NCBI GenBank assembly: GCA_024228935.1
Contig: JAAESX010000032.1
Coordinates: 25,043-89,042 of the forward strand
Reading direction: 5' to 3'
DNA from: Pseudomonadota bacterium
Lineage (GTDB): Bacteria; Myxococcota_A; UBA796; CAJQPC01
Length of the DNA stretch: 64,000 nt
The notes below the pieces were generated by a model that saw nothing but the letters and a program-made list of their open reading frames with translations, was not told the origin of the DNA and searched no databases. Below are positions 26,572-35,881 of this stretch, piece by piece. Numbering within the stretch: the stretch's first letter is position 1; each line of letters starts with the position of its first letter. The translations under genes and the position numbers were made by a program.

Positions 26572-28308
26572 ATGGAGCTGCGTGAGCTGGCCCGACGCGT
26601 CCTGTACTCGACCTGTCTCGAGGACAAGCTCGCGGTCGTCGAGACCTGGAGCGATGACGCTCCGGGGGCGCCCGAGTCCGTGCCCGACTGGCCAGCGCGG
26701 CCCGACCAGCTTCGGCTGGATGCCCCGAAGCAGCGGTCGGCGTTTCCGAGCCTGGCCCAGCTCGAGGACGACACCAACCGGGGCCGCGTCCTGCACTTCT
26801 TCGCGAACCACGAGCTGCTGGCGATGGAGCTCATGGCGCTGGTATTGCTGCGCTTTCCAGGCGCGCCGCCGTCGTTTCGCCGAGGCGTGGCGGGTATGCT
26901 GGCCGATGAGCAGCGCCACATGCGGCTGTACCTGGACAGGATGGCGGAGCTCGGGGTGGGCTTCGGTGATGTGCGGCCGAACGCGTTCTTCTGGAACAGT
27001 CTCAAGGACATGCACGATCCGATGGAGTTCGCGGTCGGGATGGCACTGACCTTCGAGCAGGCCAACCTCGACTACTGCCTGCACTACGGGGGAGCGTTCC
27101 GGAAGCTGGGGGACACGGTGACAGAGGACGTGCTCGAGCAGGTCTACGTCGACGAGGTCCGACACGTGGCCCACGGCCTGAAGTGGTTCCGTCGGTGGAA
27201 GGACCCGGACGAGTCGGACTGGGAGGCGTTCGTCGCCCGGCAGAAGGGGCACATGACGCCGGCTCGCGCACGCGGGCTGGGGTTCTCCGTCGCGGCCAGG
27301 GAGGAGGCGGGACTCGACACGGACTTCATCCGCAACCTGTCTGTGTTTCGTGCGTCGAAGGGTCGTCGCCCGACGGTGCACTGGTTCAACGCCGGGACCG
27401 AGCCCTCGCTGGCGGACCCGGCGTGGGCGCCCGACAACGTGACACAGACCCTGCGCAGTGATCTGGCGCTCCTGCCGATGCTGCTGGCGAGCGAGGACGA
27501 CGTGGTGTTGGTCCCGGAGCTCCCGAGCACGGCGTTCCGTGAGCACCTGGTCGGGCTGGGCATTCCGCTACCGGGCTTCGTCACATCCGTCCCGGACAAC
27601 CCGGGGGGCTTCGCGCCGTTCGGCCACTCGCCCGAGTCGCGTCGGGTTCTGGGAGGTGGCCTCGACCGGGACGCATCGTGGCCACGGTCGGCCTGGAACG
27701 ACCGCACCGGGGCTCGGGCCATCCGGTCCCTCGACGACCTGCCCGCCGGCGACTGGCTCCTGAAGACCGAGCTGTCCTCGTCGGGGCGAGGCCTCCGTCG
27801 CGCCACGGACGACCCCTCGACGCGCGGCTGGCTCGCCAACCAGGGACACGTGCTGGCCGAGCGGAGGCTGGATCGCGTGGTCGATCTGTCGGCGGTCTAC
27901 CGCGGCTCGAAGCTGCTCGGCCTGACCCGCCCACTGAGTTCGCCTCAGGGGAGGTACGTCGGACACGTCGTGGGCCACGCCTTCGACGGGCTCGCCCCCG
28001 AGGTGCACCGCTTCATCGCCGAGCGCGACCTGAGGAACCACTACCACCAGCTCGGTCGGGAGCTGGCGCTCGAGGACCGGTGGGGGATCGACTTCCTGCT
28101 GCATCGCGTCGACGGCCAGCTGGCGCTGCGCGAGGTCGTCGAGGTCAACCCGCGGATGACGATGGGCCACTTCGCGCTCGCGCTGCGACGGGCCTTCCCT
28201 CGCGGCGGCCGGTTCTCGATCGTGTCCCCCTGCGAGGTCGGCGACGCCATCCCGCTGACGGACCCGCTCCGAGCGCGCCGCTTCGTCGCCATCCTGGAGC
28301 CCCGATGA
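26572..28308 (+). CDS. fusion protein: DUF455 ferritin-like di-iron domain plus ATP-grasp-like C-terminal domain
   Basis: N-terminal half: ANHELLAMELMA, ADEQRHM and VDEVRHVAHG (paired ExxH, DUF455/MiaE-like). C-terminal half: WLLKTELSSSGRGL and VVEVNPRMTMGH, resembling the ATP-grasp strand and the E-x-N-P-R motif. Confidence 0.7.
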   Translation: MELRELARRVLYSTCLEDKLAVVETWSDDAPGAPESVPDWPARPDQLRLDAPKQRSAFPSLAQLEDDTNRGRVLHFFANHELLAMELMALVLLRFPGAPPSFRRGVAGMLADEQRHMRLYLDRMAELGVGFGDVRPNAFFWNSLKDMHDPMEFAVGMALTFEQANLDYCLHYGGAFRKLGDTVTEDVLEQVYVDEVRHVAHGLKWFRRWKDPDESDWEAFVARQKGHMTPARARGLGFSVAAREEAGLDTDFIRNLSVFRASKGRRPTVHWFNAGTEPSLADPAWAPDNVTQTLRSDLALLPMLLASEDDVVLVPELPSTAFREHLVGLGIPLPGFVTSVPDNPGGFAPFGHSPESRRVLGGGLDRDASWPRSAWNDRTGARAIRSLDDLPAGDWLLKTELSSSGRGLRRATDDPSTRGWLANQGHVLAERRLDRVVDLSAVYRGSKLLGLTRPLSSPQGRYVGHVVGHAFDGLAPEVHRFIAERDLRNHYHQLGRELALEDRWGIDFLLHRVDGQLALREVVEVNPRMTMGHFALALRRAFPRGGRFSIVSPCEVGDAIPLTDPLRARRFVAILEPR

Positions 28309-29102
28309 TCGACGCTCGCATGTCCCCGGACTTCGGCCCTCGCCTGATGCACCTGTCCCTGGCCGGCGAGCCGAACCTGCTGTTCGTCGACCCTTCCCGA
28401 GGTCCTGGCTGGAACCTGTACGGCGGGCATCGGTTCTGGCATGGGCCCGAGGACCTGGACCTGACCTATGTGCCGGACAACGCGCCCCCCATCCGGCGAG
28501 GCGACACCTGGTCGAGCGCGCCCGAGCCCAGCGGTCTGCAGAAGCATCTGACGCTGCAGGTCCACGCCGACGGCGTCACGTTGGTCCACCGCCTCGAGAA
28601 CCATGGCCTCGCCACGCAGCGACGCGCCTGCTGGGGTCTGACCGCCATGGCCGGCGGCGAGGCCCGCATCCCTCGGCCGCCCATGGGCCGTCACCCCGAC
28701 GACCTGCTCCCCGACCGCACCTTCGTGTTGTGGCCCTACACCGACCCCGCCGACGTTCGCTTCACCTGGGGTACCCGAACCACGCGGCTCCGGATGGGCG
28801 TGGGCTCGCCCCAGAAGCTCGGCGCCTTCAACCCGCTGGGCTGGATCGCGTGGCAGCGGGACGACGTGCTCGTCGTGAAGAGCTCGCCGGTGGACGCGGA
28901 CGGGGTCTACCCGGACCGGGGCTGCACGCATGAGCTCTTCACGAACACGACGATGCTGGAGCTCGAGTCCCTCGGTCCGCTGACGACCCTGACGCCGGGC
29001 CAGTCGGTCGAGCACGTCGAGCGGCTGCACGTCCTGCGGGTGCCGGTCGAGCTGAGCGATGACGCGCTCTTCGAGGTCGTCCACCAGGTCGCCGGCCCCT
29101 GA
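28305..29102 (+). CDS. hypothetical beta-rich protein (possibly mutarotase-like fold)
   Basis: ATG at 28305 overlaps the upstream TGA (ATGA). 265 aa, MIDARMSPDFGPRLMHLSLAGEPNLLF...ELESLGPLTTLTPGQSVEH. The fold guess is weak. Confidence 0.65.
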   Translation: MIDARMSPDFGPRLMHLSLAGEPNLLFVDPSRGPGWNLYGGHRFWHGPEDLDLTYVPDNAPPIRRGDTWSSAPEPSGLQKHLTLQVHADGVTLVHRLENHGLATQRRACWGLTAMAGGEARIPRPPMGRHPDDLLPDRTFVLWPYTDPADVRFTWGTRTTRLRMGVGSPQKLGAFNPLGWIAWQRDDVLVVKSSPVDADGVYPDRGCTHELFTNTTMLELESLGPLTTLTPGQSVEHVERLHVLRVPVELSDDALFEVVHQVAGP

Positions 29103-29224
29103 CACCCCCTGCTGTCCAGATGTAGTCGATCGTGGACAGCAACCTTCCGAAGTGGTTGGAATCAGGAACCTGAAGGGTTAGCACGCCGACTGCAACCTCT
29201 ACAATCCGTCACTCGGAGTCCCTG

Positions 29225-29980
29225 ATGTTCCTGCTGCTGTCCTTCCTCGCGACCTCGCCGGGCATCTCGTCCGCCCACGCCGAAGACGTCGTGGTCGATG
29301 CCACCGATGCCGCCGCCGTCCACAAGCGCGCCGACGTTCTGTGGCTCCAGCGCGACTGGGGCGGGCACACCGACGAGGCCATCGAGCTGTTGAAGGCCGC
29401 AGACAAGGCGAATCCGGGCGACTTCGAGACCAACTGGCAGCTGGCGCGCTTCTACTACGTCAAGGCCAACACGAAGTCCGGCGACACCAAGGCGACGCTC
29501 GGCAAGAAGGGCTGGGACCACGCCGAAGCCGCCAAGAAGCTGAACCCGGGCGCGGTCGAGGGCTACTACTGGACCTCGGCGTGTGCAGGGGCCTACGGCA
29601 ACGGGGCCGGCATCATGACCGCGCTGAAGGACGGCGTCGGCGACGTCTTCGTCGAGAACGCCGAGAAGGCCATCTCGATCGACGCCGACCACGACGACGG
29701 CGGACCCTACCGCGCGCTCGGCCGGTTCTACGTGAGCACACCGTGGCCCGTCGGCGACCTGGACAAGGCCATCGAGCTGCTCGAGAAGGCCAACGCCTCG
29801 GAGCCGAACAGCGCCGTCAACGCCTACTTCCTGGCCGACGCCTACCACGAGGACGGCAACGACACGAAGGCCAAGGAGTGGGCGACCAAGGCCGCCGGGA
29901 TGGACCCCAAGACCAATGGGGATCCGCCGGGTGTGCGCAAGAACGTGAAGCTCGCCGAACAGCTCCTCGCGGAGATCTAG
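29225..29980 (+). CDS. secreted TatT-like TPR protein (TRAP-transporter T-component family)
   Basis: It has the signal MFLLLSFLATSPGISSAHA. WQLARFYYVKA.., GYYWTSACAGAYG.., DDGGPYRALGRFYVSTPWPVGDLDKAIELLEKA resemble the TatT (Tp0956-type) helical family. Confidence 0.65.
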   Translation: MFLLLSFLATSPGISSAHAEDVVVDATDAAAVHKRADVLWLQRDWGGHTDEAIELLKAADKANPGDFETNWQLARFYYVKANTKSGDTKATLGKKGWDHAEAAKKLNPGAVEGYYWTSACAGAYGNGAGIMTALKDGVGDVFVENAEKAISIDADHDDGGPYRALGRFYVSTPWPVGDLDKAIELLEKANASEPNSAVNAYFLADAYHEDGNDTKAKEWATKAAGMDPKTNGDPPGVRKNVKLAEQLLAEI

Positions 29981-29983
29981 GCC

Positions 29984-31354
29984 ATGTCCTTCTGGGAATC
30001 CGGGCTCGTCGTCGACGCGCTCATCGTCGCCTGTCTGCTGTTCGCCGCCGCGACGCTCCGCCGGCTGATCAAGCCGCTCGGCAAGCTGGGCGTTCCGGAC
30101 TCGATGGTCGCCGGCTTCACCGGCCTGATCCTCGGCCCGACGGCGCTCGCCGTGCTGCCCTTCAACACCGACACGCTGGAGCTGTTCGTCTACCACGGGC
30201 TCGCCATCGTCTTCATCGCCGTGTGCCTCCAGGCGCCGGCCAAGGGCAAGGGCGGCGGAGGCGCACGCAGCATCGCGTTCGCCATCCCGTTCTTCGCGGT
30301 GCTGCAGGGTTTCATCGGCCTGCTCGTCGTCCTGGGCCTGGCCGCGGCGGCCTCGGAGAAGGTCCACCCGGGGCTCGGACTGATGCTCCCGCTGGGGTTC
30401 CAGCAGGGGCCGGGTCAGGCGCTCTCGATGGGCCGAAGCTGGGAGGTGAGCGGGTTCACCGACGGAGGAGACGTCGGGCTGATCATCGCCGCGATGGGCT
30501 TCGCCTGGGCCGTCTTCATCGGCGTCCCCCTGGTCGCCATCGGGCGCAAGCTCGGGTGGGCACAGGACCCCGGTCGAGGCACCGATCTGGTCGCCGTCGA
30601 CGAGACCGCGCGGCCGACACCCGTCCCAGGGGTCGGGGCCATCGAGCTCCTGACCTCGCAGATCGCCTGGATCGCGGGGATCTACCTGGTCACCTACGGG
30701 ATCCTGTATGCCGCCAGCAACGCGCTGGTCGACAAGCCGCAGTTCGCCGCGATGGTGTGGGGCTTCCACTTCATCATCGGCTGCCTCATCGCGCTGGTCG
30801 TCCGCCGCGTGCTCGACCGGTTCGTGCCGGACCACAGCCTGAACGACGCGCTCCTGGGCCGCGTGAACGCCTTCACGGTCGACATCGTGACGTGCTCGGC
30901 GCTGGCGGCGGTGTCGCTCACCGTCTTCAAAGCGAACCTGGGCCCCATCCTGTTGCTGACGACCATCGGCGGGACGTCCACGCTCCTCGGCTGTCTCTGG
31001 TTCGCTCGTCGGGCGTTTCCCGCAGCTCCGTTCCAGCACGCGGTCGTCATGTTCGGCGCCGCGACGGGCACGCTCCCCACGGGCCTCGCGCTCCTGCGGA
31101 TCATGGACCCGAACATGGAAGGACCGGTCCCCAAGAACATGGTGCTGGGGTCGGCCATGAGCCTGATCCTCAGTGTGCCCTTGCTGATCGTCGTGCTGCC
31201 CATCCCCATCGCGGGCTTCGCGGACGACTACTGGGGCAGCATCCAGCTGGCGGTGGGCATCCTGGTGGTGTACTTGGCGGCCCTCGTCGTCGGATGGCGG
31301 TTCCTCGGGCCGCTGCGCTTCGACAAGCCGCTGGGGAAGATCTGGCCACGCTGA
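29984..31354 (+). CDS. GltS-like (sodium/glutamate symporter family) secondary transporter
   Basis: It starts 3 nt after the TatT-like gene. It has about 12 TM helices. The N-terminus LRRLIKPLGKLGVPDSMVAGFTGLILGP, the GFQQGPGQA loop and the GAATGTLPTGLALLRI loop parallel the E. coli GltS re-entrant loops. Confidence 0.7.
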   Translation: MSFWESGLVVDALIVACLLFAAATLRRLIKPLGKLGVPDSMVAGFTGLILGPTALAVLPFNTDTLELFVYHGLAIVFIAVCLQAPAKGKGGGGARSIAFAIPFFAVLQGFIGLLVVLGLAAAASEKVHPGLGLMLPLGFQQGPGQALSMGRSWEVSGFTDGGDVGLIIAAMGFAWAVFIGVPLVAIGRKLGWAQDPGRGTDLVAVDETARPTPVPGVGAIELLTSQIAWIAGIYLVTYGILYAASNALVDKPQFAAMVWGFHFIIGCLIALVVRRVLDRFVPDHSLNDALLGRVNAFTVDIVTCSALAAVSLTVFKANLGPILLLTTIGGTSTLLGCLWFARRAFPAAPFQHAVVMFGAATGTLPTGLALLRIMDPNMEGPVPKNMVLGSAMSLILSVPLLIVVLPIPIAGFADDYWGSIQLAVGILVVYLAALVVGWRFLGPLRFDKPLGKIWPR

Positions 31355-32079
31355 CATCCGCCGCAGTCATCCACGAGCACGAGCTCGACCGTGTCGCCGT
31401 CATCGGAGACATCCACGGGCGACTGGACCTGCTCGACGCCCTGCTGGCGCGGCTCGGGGACATCCCCATCGTGTCCGCGGGAGACGTCTGTGACCGCGGG
31501 GACGACACCCGGGGCGTCATAGACCGCCTGATGGAGCGCCAGGCGCTCGGCGTCCGCGGCAACCACGAGGAGTGGCTCATCCGCTGGGCCTCTGGGGACG
31601 GCTTCGACGACTTCGCCCTGTCCCCAGCGATGGGCGGCTCGGCCACGCTGGCCAGCTACGACGTCGACCCGATGGGCTCGATCGGGGACATCGAGGAGCA
31701 GCACGTTCGGGTTCCGCTCGCCCAGCGACGGTGGCTCGCGGGGCTCCCGCTGGCGCTCTCTCTGCGCGTCGCCGGCCATCGCTACTGGGTGATCCATGCG
31801 GGCCTGCCCCCGCGCTTCCGCATCCCGAAGAGCCTGGACCCCGAGTTTCGCGTGGCCTGGCTGTGTGCGAACCATCCGCAGATGATGACGTGGGCCAAGA
31901 TGCACCCCGAGGCCTGCATCCGGACCGACGGCACCGTCATCATGGGGCACGTCCCGATGCCGAGGCCGATCGACGCCGGCCACGTCATCGCGGTCGACAC
32001 GGGCGCCGGGACCTGGGGACCGCAGGGTGCTTTGACGGCCATCGTCCTGCCCGAGCGGGTGTTCATCAGCGTCCGGTGA
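31294..32079 (+). CDS. metallophosphoesterase (PrpE/ApaH-like Ser/Thr phosphatase family)
   Basis: It has the motifs VIGDIHG, GDVCDRG and RGNHE, and a later GH. The only canonical in-frame start before the DIHG motif is ATG 31294 (a 61-nt overlap with the transporter gene). CTG 31342/31351 are alternatives, so the start is uncertain. Confidence 0.8.
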   Translation: MAVPRAAALRQAAGEDLATLTSAAVIHEHELDRVAVIGDIHGRLDLLDALLARLGDIPIVSAGDVCDRGDDTRGVIDRLMERQALGVRGNHEEWLIRWASGDGFDDFALSPAMGGSATLASYDVDPMGSIGDIEEQHVRVPLAQRRWLAGLPLALSLRVAGHRYWVIHAGLPPRFRIPKSLDPEFRVAWLCANHPQMMTWAKMHPEACIRTDGTVIMGHVPMPRPIDAGHVIAVDTGAGTWGPQGALTAIVLPERVFISVR

Positions 32080-32198
32080 TGTCAGGCTGAGGCCGATCTG
32101 TTCCTGGCCCGGCTGATCTGGAGCGACCCTTGGTGCGGGCGGGGTGCGGGGTCGACCGGGGATCGAGGTGCCGCGGGCCGGTCCTGTCCACAGGTGGA

Positions 32199-32553
32199 TC
32201 ACCCGCCGTCGAACTCCGGCTGGGTGCAGTCCGCAGCGGGCCCGAACGTGGCCGTCCCGTTGGATTGGAGGCGCCAGACACTGGGCGACCTGATCGGTGG
32301 GCTGATGGCAGACGAAGGCCTCCAGCGCGGCCAGGTCGTCCAGGTCGTCCAGGTGCTTGCCGTTCACGAGGTACTCGACCGGGTTCCCCGAGAATCGGCA
32401 GTCGCGGTCGGCATCCTGGGGCCCGACCCGGAACGTCGTCGTCTTGCGGATCTGGCGGCCTCCCTGGTCCAGTTCGACCGTGGGCGTTCCGTTGGCGAGG
32501 GTGCACGTCGTCGCGGCGTCGATGAGACAGTCCCAGTCGTCGCCGCACGCCAC
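32199..32553 (-). pseudogene. small Cys-rich protein gene with an apparent frameshift
   Basis: The frame from GTG 32553 reads ACGDDWDCLIDAATTCTLANGTPTVELDQGGRQIRK..VNGKHLDDLDDLAALEAFVCHQPTDQVAQCLAPPIQ with good codon bias. It then turns Arg/Pro-rich and runs antisense through the phosphatase gene. A shift near 32255-32262 gives NGTATFGPAADCTQPEFDGG-stop (TGA 32199-32201). A GGAAGG RBS lies at about 32590 with only CTG/ATT nearby, so the start is also unclear. Confidence 0.4.
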
Positions 32554-32599
32554 GGGTTTCGAGGTGCAAGAAGCGACAATCAGCGGGCCCTTCCTCTGT

Positions 32600-34237
32600 C
32601 TACTCGGTGGGCAGCCCGCGATCGAAGCGCGACAGGAAGAGCAGCAAGCCCGGCAGGGAGCCCTCGACCTCGAGGTCCGCGTCGCTCGGCGAGACGAGCT
32701 GGAGCGCGACGCGGCGCCAGGTCTCGGCCGAGGCGTGGATCACCGCCACCGGCTCGGGCGTCCCCGGAAGCGGCTCGCCCCAGCGGGCCTCGGACACCCC
32801 GTTCCGGATGGTCAGCGTCACCTGACCAACACCCTTGTCGGTGAACTCCCAGCGCACAGACTCGTGCACTTCGAGCGCATCGTCGGCCTTCAGTCGGAGC
32901 GCCATCACCGAGAACATCTGGTCCAGCGGCAGCCCCTGGACGAAGTCCGACGAGAGCTCGGGCTGGCCCAGGACCTGACGGCCACTTCGGAGCTCGTGCG
33001 CCGACTGCAGAAGCCAGCCGCGGCCGTTGGTGTTCGCCTGGCTTTCAGCGAGCTCCTCGTACCGGTCCGCGACCTCGTCCTCGTGCCCGCCGACCAGCCC
33101 GTACAGGTGCAGCGCCCAGCGCGGGTCGTCGGCCTCCCTCGCTATGGCCAGCACCTCGTCGGCCCCACCCATCGCGGTCACCGTGCGCTCGCGCAGCTCG
33201 TCCGGCGGCAGCGGGTACAGGTCGGCGGTCTGCTCGTCGAACCAGCCCACCTCGCTCGAGTAGATCGCCCGGACCGACCACGGGATCGAGCCGTAGAGCT
33301 CGGCCAGGGCCGGCTCGGATGCCAGGTGCGGCGGGAGCTCGATCGTGGCCGCCAGCGTGTCGATGTCCACCCCGGCATTCGCGCCCCGCAGGACCGCGTC
33401 CCGCACCCACTGGATGCCGTCGCGGTAGGCCGTCAGCGCCTGCGCAGGCTCGCGGACCGGCGCGGTGTGCGAGGGCACCAGCACTCGGGGGTCCTTCGCC
33501 CGCATCTCATCCAGGCTGTCGATCCAGTCGTCGACGGGTCGAGGCTTCGTCCCACGGATCGTGTACAGGTTCGGGAACGCGGCGTACCAGTTGTCGCCGG
33601 GCAGCAGCACGCCGCCATCGTGTCGGTAGACGAAGAGCTGGTCGTGCGTCTCGCCGTGCGCCTCGAACAGCTCGATCCCATGCGGCAGCGTCCAGTGGCC
33701 GTCGAACGTGTTCGTCGGCATGACGACGCCCAGCTCCAACACCGCGTCCAGATCGACGCGTCGACCGAGCGCCGAACAGGGCAGCGCCGCATCGGGCACG
33801 TCTCGACCGAACTGACGAGCGCCACGACGGGCCTCGCTGGGCAGGAGCTCGCTGTACTGCTCGAAGAAGTGCTCCTGGAAGGTGGTCGTCGCCCAGACCT
33901 CGGTCCCCTCCTCGACCCAGACGGTCGCGCCCCCCACATGGTCGATGTGCGAGTGCGTGTAGACGACATGGGTCACCGGCCCAGACGTGACCTCGTCCAG
34001 AGCGGCACGGGCTTCCCTGGCGCGGCTCGGCGACATGCCTGGATCGACGACCACACGGCCGTCGGGCGTCTCGAAGACCGTGGTGTTCGCCAGGTCGTAG
34101 AACAGCGCGACATGCACGCCCTCGGCGACCTCCTCGACCCGGGGCGTGGCCATCTCGGCGCAGTGTTCGGCCAGACGCTGATCGAGGTCGACCGGGGCCG
34201 GAGCGGGCTTCGAGCAGGCGAGGGACAAGAGCAGCAC
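32600..34237 (-). CDS. MBL-fold alkyl/aryl-sulfatase lipoprotein (SdsA1/Bds1-type)
   Basis: It has a GTG start and the leader MLLLSLAC. It has the metallo-beta-lactamase motif YTHSHIDHVGG, a central dimerisation region (SIPWSVRAIY..) and a C-terminal SCP2-like domain, the layout of type III alkyl sulfatases. Confidence 0.85.
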   Translation of the reverse strand: MLLLSLACSKPAPAPVDLDQRLAEHCAEMATPRVEEVAEGVHVALFYDLANTTVFETPDGRVVVDPGMSPSRAREARAALDEVTSGPVTHVVYTHSHIDHVGGATVWVEEGTEVWATTTFQEHFFEQYSELLPSEARRGARQFGRDVPDAALPCSALGRRVDLDAVLELGVVMPTNTFDGHWTLPHGIELFEAHGETHDQLFVYRHDGGVLLPGDNWYAAFPNLYTIRGTKPRPVDDWIDSLDEMRAKDPRVLVPSHTAPVREPAQALTAYRDGIQWVRDAVLRGANAGVDIDTLAATIELPPHLASEPALAELYGSIPWSVRAIYSSEVGWFDEQTADLYPLPPDELRERTVTAMGGADEVLAIAREADDPRWALHLYGLVGGHEDEVADRYEELAESQANTNGRGWLLQSAHELRSGRQVLGQPELSSDFVQGLPLDQMFSVMALRLKADDALEVHESVRWEFTDKGVGQVTLTIRNGVSEARWGEPLPGTPEPVAVIHASAETWRRVALQLVSPSDADLEVEGSLPGLLLFLSRFDRGLPTE

Positions 34238-34259
34238 CCTCGTGGGTTATCCCGCCGCC

Positions 34260-34967
34260 ATGCTGCTTCTCTGGACTTCCCTCGCTGCCGCCGATGACGC
34301 CGGGACCGCCTGGCTCGAGCGCATCGACACCGCCAGCAACGCCGGGGCCGACGCGCACATCGTGCTCGACGTCACGGTGACCGACCGGAAGGGTGTGGAC
34401 GCGAACCGCACGCTCGAGATCTGGCAGAAGGGCAAGGACATGCGCCTGGTCCGGTTCACCGAGCCTGCGCGCCTGGCCGGAGTGTCCCTGCTCGTTCCCG
34501 ACGGCGACACGGTCTACGTCTACCTGCCCGCGTACGAGCGGCCCCCGAAGCGGGTCGTCGGAGGCCAGCGCCAGGACGCCTTCATGGGCACCGACTTCTC
34601 GATCGAGGAGCTGTCCCGCATGGAGTGGGCGCCCGACTACGACGCCGTCGTGGCCGAGGCCGAGGGCGACGTCACCCGCCTGACGCTCACGCCGAAGGAC
34701 CTCAAGGGCGTGGACTACGAGGTCCTCACGATGTGGGTCGACGAGGCCACGAACATGCCGACGAAGATCGAGTACCTGGCGGACGGCGAGCTGGCGCGAC
34801 GCCTGACGCTCGAGGACTACCGGACCGTCGGACCGCGCCCGCTGGCGCACACGCTGCGGGTCGAGGACCTCGACAAGGGCACGAAGACCGCCGCCACCAT
34901 CCGGAGCGCCGAGCTGGACACCGGGCTCGAGGACGACCGGTTCACGCTCACGGAGCTGACGCGTTGA
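34260..34967 (+). CDS. LolA-like outer-membrane lipoprotein-sorting family protein
   Basis: It has the signal MLLLWTSLAAADD. RTLEIWQKGKDMRLVRFTEPARLAGVSLL and GTDFSIEELS match the LolA-like family pattern. The track start GTG 34242 lies 4 nt from the divergent sulfatase start, so ATG 34260 is preferred. Confidence 0.7.
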   Translation: MLLLWTSLAAADDAGTAWLERIDTASNAGADAHIVLDVTVTDRKGVDANRTLEIWQKGKDMRLVRFTEPARLAGVSLLVPDGDTVYVYLPAYERPPKRVVGGQRQDAFMGTDFSIEELSRMEWAPDYDAVVAEAEGDVTRLTLTPKDLKGVDYEVLTMWVDEATNMPTKIEYLADGELARRLTLEDYRTVGPRPLAHTLRVEDLDKGTKTAATIRSAELDTGLEDDRFTLTELTR

Positions 34968-35084
34968 GACAGGATGCGACAGGTCGCCTCCAGGCCTGTT
35001 CTCCTGCCCGGGGCGCTCATAGACTGATCTCATGCTCCTCCTGACTCTCGCCAGCGGGCCCCCTTGGGTGTCTCGCGCGAGGCT

Positions 35085-35792
35085 TCAGGCCTCGGGCTCG
35101 GACGCGTAGTCCTCGTCCGGCTCGTCGGGGTCGACCTCGCTGCCCTCGCTGTCGATGGGCTCCTCGGGCGTCACGCTCGAGATGTCGTAGTCGCCGGAGC
35201 GGACCGCCGTGTAGTCGGTCTCGAGGCGCAGCGTGCCGCTGATGGTGGCCTCGCCGATGACGCAGCCCGCGGCCCACTCGTAGGCGATGACGCCCTCGTC
35301 CACGGTGCTGTTGTCCTCGGCGAACAGGCCCTCGACCGTGCCGACACCGAGCGCGGCGCAGGCGCCCTCACCACCGACCGCCAGGCCGGCCAGCATCACG
35401 AAGCCGCCGTCGTCGGACAGCTCGCCGCCCATGCGCTGACCGGGCGTGCCGCGGTCCTCGGACAGGTTGACGAAGTTGAGCAGGTCGTACTCAACTCCCC
35501 AGGGCTGGTCGACGGCGATCTCGGTCCAGTAGGACTCGCTCGGGCACATGACGCCCTCGTCGCTGCACAGCTGGCTGATCTCGAAGTTTTCGCCGTTCCA
35601 CTCGACGGTGGCGTCCTCGCCGGAGACGACCTCGGCCACGAGCTCGTCGTTGATGTAGACGCGCAGGTTGTCGACGTACTCGACGTCGTAGTTGCCCATC
35701 CGGTCCTGGGCGCCGCCCTCGAGCTCGCCACAGGCGGTGACGAGGGGGGCGAGGGTCGCGACGGCGGCCAGCTTGAAGAGGTTGGAACGCAT
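35085..35792 (-). CDS. hypothetical lipoprotein with acidic C-terminal tail
   Basis: The internal ATG at 35792 gives MRSNLFKLAAVATLAPLVTAC (a canonical lipoprotein leader with a charged n-region). The C-terminus reads PEEPIDSEGSEVDPDEPDEDYASEPEA. Confidence 0.75.
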   Translation of the reverse strand: MRSNLFKLAAVATLAPLVTACGELEGGAQDRMGNYDVEYVDNLRVYINDELVAEVVSGEDATVEWNGENFEISQLCSDEGVMCPSESYWTEIAVDQPWGVEYDLLNFVNLSEDRGTPGQRMGGELSDDGGFVMLAGLAVGGEGACAALGVGTVEGLFAEDNSTVDEGVIAYEWAAGCVIGEATISGTLRLETDYTAVRSGDYDISSVTPEEPIDSEGSEVDPDEPDEDYASEPEA

Positions 35793-35881
35793 GGTGTGTC
35801 TCCTTTCGTTCGAAGCCATAGTTGCTTCGTTCGGTGGGACCCACCAGCCGCCTGGAACCCGAAAGAATAGATCTCGGCGGT

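Noticed and set aside
29111-29140. Hairpin gctgtcca-N14-tggacagc after the stop at 29102, as a terminator.
   Set aside because: It has only an 8-bp stem with a 14-nt loop and no U-tract, which is too weak to call.
31228-32553. 441-aa minus-strand ORF taken at face value as one gene.
   Set aside because: Only its first 98 or so codons look coding. The remaining 340 codons are Arg/Pro-rich and antisense to the metallophosphoesterase gene, which has DIHG/GDxxDRG/GNHE motifs.
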